The notes under the pieces are model-generated. The model did not search any database and was not told where the DNA came from. It worked only from the letters and a program-made list of their open reading frames with translations. Both the position numbers and the translations under genes were made by a program. Positions 62,930 through 64,000 of a DNA stretch of 64,000 bases are shown here, piece after piece (positions within the stretch are counted from its first letter, which is position 1; every line of letters begins with the position of its first letter). This stretch comes from Camelus ferus (taxonomy: Eukaryota): positions 62,374,001 to 62,438,000 of the forward strand of contig NC_045697.1 of the NCBI RefSeq assembly GCF_009834535.1, in the 5' to 3' direction.

Positions 62930-63950
62930 AAAATAAACTTTTAATTTAAAAATACTTGTAAACTTAACAGAAAAATTGCAAAGATAGTACAGAGAGTTCT
63001 AGTTCCCCTAAGATTAACATCTTAAGATACTATGGTACCTTTGTTACATTAAGAAAACAAGCTTGGTTTGTTACTGTTAACTGAACTGCAGACTTTGTTT
63101 CGATTTCACTAGTTTTTCCCTCAGGTCCATTTTCTGTGCCAGGATCCCCTCCAGGATAGCACATTGCGTCTAGTCATCACATCTCCCCAGTCTCCTCCAG
63201 TGTGGCAGTTTCTCCAGCTTTCCTTGGTTTTTATGTCCTTGTCAGTATTGAGGAATATTTTGTCGAGTGTCTCCCAATGTGGGTCTGTCTAATGTTTTTC
63301 TCATTTGTAGATTAGGGTAAGGGGCTTTAGGGAGGAAGACTAGAGAGGTGAATTCTCACCACATCACATCACATCAGGCTACATGCTGTGTCCGTGATTT
63401 AGCAGTAATGATATTCATCATCTGGCCAAGATAGTGCTTGCCAGGTGTCTCCACTGTGAGCTTACTTCCTCTGCCTATTTTCCTTGCTCTAAGGAATCAA
63501 GTCACTCGGTGTAGCCCACACTTAAAAGTAGGGGGTGATTTAAGCCCCACTTCCTGGAAAAGGGAGCATCCAAATAAATTATTTGAAATTCTTTCTAAGA
63601 AAGAGTTGTCTCTTCTCCCTCATTTGTTTATTGTATCATTTATTTGTATCGGTATGGACCTGAAATATTTATTCTATGCTTTGGGTTATCTTCCAGCTGT
63701 GCTATTTATTCTGTTGCTCAAATTATTCCAGTTCTGGCCATTTGGAGCTCTTTCACTTTGACTCCCTTTGACAGGCCCCATCCTTTCGTTCTCCGAGTAC
63801 TTCCTTACTTTCTGGTGCCCAGAACTTGCTCCTGATTTGTCTATTCCCTGCCTCAGTCTAGAGCCAGACAGTTCTCCAAATACTCCTGATTTTTTTTCTT
63901 TTTCTTTTTTTCTTTTTTTAACTGGAGAATGGTATCAGAACCCAAGATCT
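62930..63950 (-). mobile_element. L1MC-like 3'UTR
   Basis: Consensus-like acagaaaaattgcaaagatagtacagagagttc...ttaacatctta...tatggtac.tttgttaca. Confidence 0.75.
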
Positions 63951-64000
63951 AGGCATCCGGTAATAGCTTTTTTTTTTTTTTTTTTTTTTTAAAGCACAAC

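Overview
Mammalian genomic DNA, very probably a camelid: it carries a tRNA-derived SINE of the camelid Vic type. No intact long coding gene is visible. A GC/CpG-rich promoter-like island (~130-660) holds a first exon encoding a signal-peptide-like N-terminus, followed by a clean second exon. About 25 further exon-shaped segments lie on the + strand from ~6.6 kb to ~62.6 kb. They have AG/GT boundaries and several chains are phase-compatible, but they carry in-frame stops (mostly TGA), probable frameshifts, a poly(A) run and one exon split by a solo LTR. I read this as a decayed, large multi-exon gene (possible unitary pseudogene) whose product I cannot name; its translation shows recurring internal motifs. 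The rest is repeats: a deleted class I ERV (gag-pro-pol-env remnants), many solo ERV1 LTRs with 4-bp TSDs (seven within 35.5-43.9 kb), three poly(A)-tailed retrocopies of one LTR's U3-R, and L1, L2, MaLR and DNA-transposon fragments. Two inverted LTRs share a 368-bp perfectly identical block but diverge elsewhere. Repeat subfamily names come from memory of consensus sequences, not from a database search. All exon calls were made by eye.
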